From contig CAVVMJ010000007.1 in assembly GCA_963749445.1 (NCBI GenBank), forward strand, positions 9,971 to 73,970: 64,000 nt of DNA, given 5' to 3'. The notes under the pieces were generated by a model, which ran no database searches, was not told the origin of the DNA, and saw only the letters and a program-made list of their open reading frames with translations. This DNA is from an uncultured bacterium (GTDB taxonomy: Bacteria > Patescibacteriota > Doudnabacteria > UBA920). Below, piece by piece: positions 58,119 to 64,000 of this stretch; positions within the stretch are counted from its first letter, which is position 1, and the number at the start of each line of letters is the position of its first letter. A program made the position numbers and the translations under genes.

Positions 58119-58562
58119 ATGGACAAAACGTTGAGTGACGAAAATTTAAGCCAGCAGGCCGAGACCGTGGTCGGGCCGTCCGTAAAAATTCAGGGCGACC
58201 TGAATTCCGAAGGCAACATCCGCATAGAAGGCCAGGTCAGCGGCAAAGTCAAAACCAGCCAAAGCGTGTTCGTCAACCAGGGCGCCAAAATCGCGGCCGA
58301 CGTTGTGGCCGGCAACGCCGTCATCGGCGGAGATGTCCAGGGAAATCTTAAAATTTCCGGGCACTTAATTCTCCAAACCACCGCCAAAATTACCGGCGAC
58401 GTCACTTGCTCAATTCTGCGCGTGGAAGACGGCGCCCAGTTTACCGGCAAATGCGCCATGAACGGCGCCGTGGCGGGAGCCCAACCGCCCACCAACGGCC
58501 ATACTGAACGCGGCGCCAGCAAAAAAACCGGCCGTGAGGAAATTTTGGAGATGGAAGAATAG
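58119..58562 (+). CDS. bactofilin family cytoskeletal protein
   Basis: Repetitive beta-helix pattern (GNIRIEGQVSGKVKTSQSVFVNQGAKIAADVVAGNAVIGGDVQGNLKISG...). Confidence 0.65.
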   Translation: MDKTLSDENLSQQAETVVGPSVKIQGDLNSEGNIRIEGQVSGKVKTSQSVFVNQGAKIAADVVAGNAVIGGDVQGNLKISGHLILQTTAKITGDVTCSILRVEDGAQFTGKCAMNGAVAGAQPPTNGHTERGASKKTGREEILEMEE

Positions 58563-58564
58563 AT

Positions 58565-58660
58565 AGCGATACTAATATACGAATGCATACGAATGATACT
58601 AATAATACGAATTCGTATTATTCGTTTCATTAGTATCAATTAGTATACTGGTATCTTTTA
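58565..58660. terminator. AT-rich palindromic hairpin element centred on GAATTC
   Basis: ATACTAATAATACGAA-TTCGTATTATT..ATTAGTAT with TACGAAT/ACTAAT repeats, downstream of the bactofilin gene. Confidence 0.35.
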
Positions 58661-58662
58661 AT

Positions 58663-59505
58663 ATGTACTACTATATTCTCGACCAAGGCAATCTGCCTCT
58701 TGAAAAATACGAGAAGCTGCAAACCCAACTTTCGGGGCTGTTGGCCGAGTTTAAAATTTCCGGCGAAAACGCCCGCGTCACGCCGCTGCGCAGCATCACC
58801 GATTTGGTGGATACCGCCAGCCAGCGCGGCACCAACACTTTGGTGGCCTGCGGTTCGGACGATACCTTTAACGTCATGCTGGCCGCGCTCAAAGGCCGCG
58901 ATTTTACTTTGGGTTTTATTCCCTTGGACGAAAATTCCATTTTGAGCACAATCTTAGGCATCCCAGATTTGTTTACCGGCGTCAAAACCATTGCCGCGCG
59001 CCGCATTGAAAAAATTGATTTGGCCAGAATTTCCGGCAGCTACTTTATCAGTTTTTTGGAATTTGGCGTTATGAGCCAGCGCCTGCAATCCGCCGGGCTG
59101 TGGCAGTCGTTAAAACTTCTGTCCAGCGAATCCAAAAACTTTACCATCCGGATTGATGATTCTTACACCGTCAACTTAAGCGGGCTCGGGGGGCTCGTGG
59201 CCAACATCCGTTCCAACTCCGGCAAAGACCAAAAAATCGCCAACCCCACGGACGGCAATTTGGATTTATTGATGCTGGAACGGCTGAAAAAAACCCAAGT
59301 TTTGGCTTACCGCCGCAGCATTGTGGACGGCCTCTTGGAAAAAGTGCCCAAGACCACGGTCATCAAATGCAAAAAAATCCAATTTTTGGAGCCGCGCGGT
59401 TTCCCCTTAACTATGCTTGGCCGCATGGTGACCAAATTCCCCGCCACCGTGGAAATTATTCCCAACCGGCTTAAAATGATTGTGGGGAAAAACCGGACAT
59501 TTTAA
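58663..59505 (+). CDS. diacylglycerol-kinase catalytic-domain family protein with a degenerate GGDGT motif
   Basis: TLVACGSDDTFNVMLAAL occupies the position of GGDGT. YegS-like length. Confidence 0.35.
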   Translation: MYYYILDQGNLPLEKYEKLQTQLSGLLAEFKISGENARVTPLRSITDLVDTASQRGTNTLVACGSDDTFNVMLAALKGRDFTLGFIPLDENSILSTILGIPDLFTGVKTIAARRIEKIDLARISGSYFISFLEFGVMSQRLQSAGLWQSLKLLSSESKNFTIRIDDSYTVNLSGLGGLVANIRSNSGKDQKIANPTDGNLDLLMLERLKKTQVLAYRRSIVDGLLEKVPKTTVIKCKKIQFLEPRGFPLTMLGRMVTKFPATVEIIPNRLKMIVGKNRTF

Positions 59506-59726
59506 GTTCACGGATACGCGGATTGAATCAGATATCGCGGATGTAGCGGCACGCCGTGGCGTGCCGCTTTGTTTACGATCTCACCCGCCCGGTGTAGTGT
59601 GCCGATTTATCGGCTCTGACGTTACCCGCTGTAATACGGGCCCGTGGCCTGCTTTTTTTATCCAAAACAAAACCGGCGGGGCTCGCTTGCGAACCAACCG
59701 CCGGTTTCATTATCTAAACATAATTT

Positions 59727-59962
59727 TTAATGTATTGGCGGGCCGTCAGGCGGATTCTTGCCGTTGGTAACCACAAAGCTCACGCAATCGCCCTGGTTCT
59801 TGAACGTATCGCCAAAGTCTCGCCAGTCGTCTTTCTTGCACTGGTCTTTGCTGGTCGGCACAGTCGGCGGGGGGGCGGCGTAAAATCCGCCAAAGCTGTC
59901 CCGGCGGCGACAAACAAGCTTGCCGCGGCCAGCAAAGAGGAAACAACAATTTGTTTTTTCAT
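59727..59962 (-). CDS. small secreted Cys-containing protein (needs a one-base correction in the G7/C7 run at 59869-59875)
   Basis: Signal peptide MKKQIVVSSLLAAASLFVAAGTALA. The shifted frame reads PPPPPTVPTSKDQCKKDDWRDFGDTFKNQGDCVSFVVTNGKNPPDGPPIH*. Confidence 0.3.
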
Positions 59963-60244
59963 TTTTGATTTCTTTCCGAAAAAATAATCTTTTCGACCTT
60001 TTACAATATTATATCATAGAAAAAAACCGGCAAGTTTACCCCGTACCGTCCCGACTTGTCGGAACCAGTGCGGGGTTATTCATACGTAACTATCGGAAAG
60101 CCCAAAAATCGCTTATAGCGAGCGCAAGAATTTTGACATCATTTGGGGACTGACAACCGCGGCAAACGCTTGATTTTATTAGAGTTTGCAAGTATAATCA
60201 ATGGGTTAAACATTATTTTCCCTCCAACCACCCCGTCTCGCGAA

Positions 60245-60292
60245 GCTCACCACCCCTCCTCAGCAAGGAGGGGAAGCTCCGCGGTTCAGCGA
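60245..60292. repeat. GC hairpin plus GCTCCGCGGTT motif element upstream of infB
   Basis: CCCCTCCTCAGCAAGGAGGGGAAGCTCCGCGGTT. Confidence 0.5.
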
Positions 60293-60329
60293 CATATCAG
60301 CGTCCCTATCAGCGACGTATCAGCGGAAT

Positions 60330-62249
60330 ATGAATTTATCCAGCCTCTCGTCACAATTAAATATGTCCATCCAAGACCTCCGCCTCAAAGCCAAGGAGAA
60401 GGGGTATTTTATTTCACCCAAGGCCAACAAGGTGGACAATTACGTGGCCAGAAAAATGATGGAAATTTTCGGCAAGCCGGCGCCAACTCCGTCGGGACCC
60501 AAAGAAATCAAAAAAATCAAACTGCCGGGCTTCATTAAAGTGCGCGACTTGGCCGACTTGCTCAAACTGCCCGTCACCGAAGTCATTAAAACTTTAATCA
60601 AAAACGGCGTCATGGCCACCATCAACGAAGAGGTAGATTTTGACACGGCCAGCATTGTGGCCCAGGATTTGGGTTTTGAAGTGGAAACCGAAGCCGACCA
60701 AACGCACAAAGAATTCGGCTTGGGATTCTTGCAGGAAATTTTAGCCAACGAAAAAGAAGAAAATTTAAAGCCGCGCTTTCCGATTGTCACCATAATGGGC
60801 CACGTGGACCACGGCAAAACCACGCTGCTTGATACCATCCGCAAAACTAAAGTTGCCGAAGGCGAAAGTGGGGGCATTACTCAGCACATCGGCGCCTACC
60901 GCGTGCAAAAAAACGGCAAGTGGATTACGTTTTTGGATACCCCGGGCCACGAAGCGTTTTCCGAAATGCGCGCCCGCGGCGCCAATGTTACGGACATTAT
61001 CGTGCTGGTAGTGGCCGCGGACGACGGCGTCAGGCCGCAGACTTTGGAAGTCATCAACCGCGCCAAATTTACCGAAACGCCGATGATTGTGGCCATCAAC
61101 AAAGTGGACAAGCCCGAAGCCAACGTCATTAAAGTCAAACAGGAGCTGGCCGGCGTTGGGGTTTTAACCGAAGAATGGGGTGGCAAAACCATTGCCTGCG
61201 AAATTTCCGCCAAACAGGGTTTGGGCATAGACAATCTTTTGGAAATGATTTTACTGACCGCAGAGTTGGAAAATTTACGCGCCAACCCGCAAGGCAAGAC
61301 AATCGGCACGGTCATTGAAAGCAAAATTAGCCAAGGTATGGGAGCCACGGCCACGGTGATCATCCAAAACGGCACCTTAAAAATCGGCGATATTTTTGCC
61401 GCGGGAACCGCTTTTGGCAGAATCCGGTCGCTGGAGGACGAAAAAGGCCGCAAGCTTAAAGACGCCGGCCCTTCCATCCCGGTGCAAATCTCCGGCCTGT
61501 CCGAAACGCCCAAGGCCGGCGACATTTTGCAGGTTATGGAAAATTTGGACGAGGCGCGGCAGATTGCCATGTCCGCCAAAAAAAAGGAGCAAAGCCACCG
61601 CTTTGCGCGCCACGGCCTGGCCGGGGACATAACCAGCAAAAGCTTAAATTTGGTTTTAAAGGCCGACGTGGCCGGCAGTTTGGAAGCCATTAAGCAAAGC
61701 ATTGCCAAATTAAAAAATGATGAGGTAAAAATTAATATTTTGTCCGACGGCGTGGGTGAAATAAACGAGTCCGATGTCCTGCGGGCCTCCAGCGCCAAAG
61801 CCACCGTTTTGGCGTTTCGCGTCAAGACCAATCCCAAAGCCGAAAGCCTGGCCAAACAAAGCAAGGTTACGATTGACAGCTACGAGGTTATTTACGAACT
61901 GCTCGAAGACGTAACTTCGGCGGTCATTAAAATGTTCACGCCCGAGCTGGAAAAAGTCGCCTACGGCACGGCCAAAGTTTTGGCGATTTTCCGCACGGAA
62001 AAAGGCGTAATGATCGTGGGCGGCAGCGTGCTCTCCGGCCAAATCAAAAAAAACAGCCGCATCGCGATTTTTAGAAATGACGTTGAGTTGGGTCGAGGCG
62101 AAATTATGGAACTCCAGCAAACCAAAGTCGCCGCCAAAACCATCGGCATCAACGAAGAATTCGGCATCAAACTAAAAACCCCGGTCAAAATTTTAGTCGG
62201 GGATATTTTGGAAAGCTTTGAGGAGAAAATAAAGATAAAAACTTTGTAA
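60330..62249 (+). CDS. infB: translation initiation factor IF-2
   Basis: [20 protein letters not shown] and NKVDK GTPase motifs. IF-2 C-terminal domains. Confidence 0.9.
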   Translation: MNLSSLSSQLNMSIQDLRLKAKEKGYFISPKANKVDNYVARKMMEIFGKPAPTPSGPKEIKKIKLPGFIKVRDLADLLKLPVTEVIKTLIKNGVMATINEEVDFDTASIVAQDLGFEVETEADQTHKEFGLGFLQEILANEKEENLKPRFPIVTIMGHVDHGKTTLLDTIRKTKVAEGESGGITQHIGAYRVQKNGKWITFLDTPGHEAFSEMRARGANVTDIIVLVVAADDGVRPQTLEVINRAKFTETPMIVAINKVDKPEANVIKVKQELAGVGVLTEEWGGKTIACEISAKQGLGIDNLLEMILLTAELENLRANPQGKTIGTVIESKISQGMGATATVIIQNGTLKIGDIFAAGTAFGRIRSLEDEKGRKLKDAGPSIPVQISGLSETPKAGDILQVMENLDEARQIAMSAKKKEQSHRFARHGLAGDITSKSLNLVLKADVAGSLEAIKQSIAKLKNDEVKINILSDGVGEINESDVLRASSAKATVLAFRVKTNPKAESLAKQSKVTIDSYEVIYELLEDVTSAVIKMFTPELEKVAYGTAKVLAIFRTEKGVMIVGGSVLSGQIKKNSRIAIFRNDVELGRGEIMELQQTKVAAKTIGINEEFGIKLKTPVKILVGDILESFEEKIKIKTL

Positions 62250-62311
62250 AGAAATTGGTAGAAATATGCCCCGATAAATCGGGACGAAATTTATTGAAAT
62301 TGGTTGCTGTA

Positions 62312-62340
62312 GGGGCGGGTCTAGACCCGCCCTTTTCTTT
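62312..62340 (+). terminator. intrinsic terminator (GGGGCGGGTCTAGACCCGCCC followed by TTTTCTTT)
   Basis: GC-rich perfect stem plus T-tract 60 nt downstream of infB. Confidence 0.6.
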
Positions 62341-62517
62341 GCCCGAAAACGGATTTAGCCTGCCCTTGCCCAAACTGTGGAAATTGATTATACTATGGGG
62401 CTGATATAATAAATATTGAAGCGAGATTATCTAGTTGTGCCATCCCGACCGAAGTGGATGGATCTATTATTAACAGATTCCTCGGCTCGGATGCACTCGA
62501 TCGGAATGGAATAATGT

Positions 62518-62880
62518 ATGAGACCAGTAAAAAAAGACACCAACCGCATTGCCAAGGTCAATTCGCTAATTAGGCGCGAGTTGGGACCGATTTTGTTAGT
62601 GTTTTTACAGGGGATGGAGGGATTAGTGACCATTACCAAAGCCGACACCAGCAAGGATATGAAGTGGTGCAAGGTTTGGATTTCCATTTTGGGCGGAGAT
62701 GATGATAAAATTTTAGGTTATCTTGCAAAAAATATTTACGACATCCAGGGCGAGCTGAATAAATATTTTTTCACTAAAATTATCCCGCGGATTTCCTTTC
62801 ACCTGGATACCAGCCCAAGGTACGCGCAGCATATTGATGAAGTGATACGGAAGATACACGATGAAGAAGAGACAATTTAA
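62518..62880 (+). CDS. rbfA: ribosome-binding factor A
   Basis: RIAKVNSLIRRELGPIL...VTITKADTSKDMKWCKVWISI matches the RbfA KH-like fold. Confidence 0.8.
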   Translation: MRPVKKDTNRIAKVNSLIRRELGPILLVFLQGMEGLVTITKADTSKDMKWCKVWISILGGDDDKILGYLAKNIYDIQGELNKYFFTKIIPRISFHLDTSPRYAQHIDEVIRKIHDEEETI

Positions 62881-62881
62881 G

Positions 62882-62928
62882 AATTACGGATTGCGGATTA
62901 CGAATTCGTAATGCGCAATCCGTAATTA
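62882..62928 (+). terminator. 22-bp inverted repeat ATTACGGATTGCGGATTACGAA/TTCGTAATGCGCAATCCGTAAT centred on GAATTC
   Basis: Near-perfect palindrome immediately after the rbfA stop. Confidence 0.45.
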
Positions 62929-62946
62929 ATAATTCCTATTAAGTTA

Positions 62947-63932
62947 ATGCAGCAAGATTTTATTAAAGCCAAACAACTAATTGACCAATCCCAAAACATC
63001 CTCCTGACAATGCATGAGCGGATGGACGGGGATGACGGCGGCAGCGTGCTGGCCGTTTTTCATCATTTGGCCAAAAACGGCAAGCAGGTCACCTGCGCCA
63101 TCAAAAAGGGCGTACCGCTCGCTTTGCGTTTTCTGCCCGGCAGCGAAAAAATCGCCGATGACATCAGCCATCAAAATTTTTCCGCCGAAGGCGGATCCGC
63201 CTCTGGCGGAGACTTTGATCTACTGATAATGTTCGGATGCTCTGCCAAAGACCGCTGCGGCAGCGAAGATATTATCAATTTGAACGTGCCTACGATTAAT
63301 TTTGACCACCATCCCGACAACTCCCATTTTGCCGACGTGAACGCCGTGGATCCGGCCAAATCTTCCGTGGCGGAGATAATTTATGACTTTTTCCGCTTCC
63401 ACAACTGGCCCATAACCCCCGAAGTCGCCACTTGTCTTTTGACCGGAATTATTACCGACACAGGCTCATTTATGCACGCCAACACCAAAAACTCTACGCT
63501 CAAAACCGCGGGCGAGCTGATGCGCAAAGGCGCCCAAACCAACCTTATCATTAAACACACTTCCCTGGGCAAAAATCCCCAAATTTTAAAAGCCTGGGAC
63601 AGGCTTTGGAAAACTCGCATTACGATAAAAAACACAAAATTATTTACGCTGTAATGACGGGAGAAGATTTACTCAATTTTAAAAACCTGCCGCAGGCGGC
63701 CTTTGAAGGATTCGTGGAAACGTTGAATACTTACCCGGATGCAAAGTTCGCCATGTTTTTGCGGCAGGACGGCGACGTAATTAAAGGCAGCCTGCGCTCC
63801 GACCCTTATAAAAATATTGATGTTTCCCAAATCGCCAAAGCCTTTGGCGGCGGCGGCCACAAACTGGCGGCGGGGTTTTCGCTGGCGGGAAAACTGACTA
63901 AGGACGAGGCGGGAAAATGGCGCGTAATTTAA
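62947..63932 (+). CDS. nrnA: bifunctional oligoribonuclease/PAP phosphatase NrnA (DHH-DHHA1), split by an apparent T-run frameshift near 63605
   Basis: DHH motifs (DHHP) in the first ORF and GGGGH in the second. The junction WDRLW|ENSHYDKKHKIIYAV is restored by one extra T. There is an internal GGSASGG insertion at 63180-63210. Confidence 0.7.
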
Positions 63933-64000
63933 TTGAACAAAATTAAATAAAATTTAAAAAATTGACATAATTGCCAACCGGTAATTATGTCAATTCTGTT

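Overview
The window is a 64-kb contig from an AT-rich, compact bacterial genome with no Shine-Dalgarno sequence at most gene starts. It has several TrmB-family regulators and numerous pilin-like genes. Together these make an uncultivated, reduced-genome lineage (possibly CPR/Patescibacteria) plausible, but that is inference. Most of the window is housekeeping: galU, comM/yifB, lspA, recA, rodZ-like, ftsK, thrC, aroK, the aspA/fumC family, malic enzyme, rnhB, ddl, murF, rlmH, mgtA-like, an HTH-murA fusion, infB, rbfA and nrnA. There are five tRNAs. The left 10 kb is accessory. It holds (1) a 3.7-kb island of about 60% GC with four genes that carry strong SD sequences and encode secreted or membrane proteins, which looks foreign, and (2) a tandem array of six paralogous surface proteins. 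These share a conserved two-helix hairpin module resembling VirB2/TrbC T4SS pilins, fused to highly diverse Cys-rich ectodomains. The array is interleaved with MITE-like repeat modules, a four-helix-bundle gene and an (CCGACATT)5 microsatellite. Other accessory content includes a complete IS (IS1/IS1595-like, 28-bp imperfect IRs, 8-bp TSD) and four copies of a palindromic ~85-125-bp repeat (GAAATTGCGAG...CTCGCAATTTC). There are also families of hairpin elements, including a 30-bp palindrome inserted in-frame into two unrelated genes. A 4-kb island (51.2-55.1 kb) encodes a GHKL-type ATPase, DUF2188, RHH and unknown proteins and may be a defence-like module. Three TrmB-like regulators are each paired divergently with GC-richer, SD-bearing genes of unknown function. 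A candidate structured small RNA with an intrinsic terminator lies in an 850-bp noncoding gap. At least 11 conserved genes are split by single-base frameshifts, mostly at homopolymers, so the assembly probably carries indel errors. No CRISPR array or rRNA was seen.
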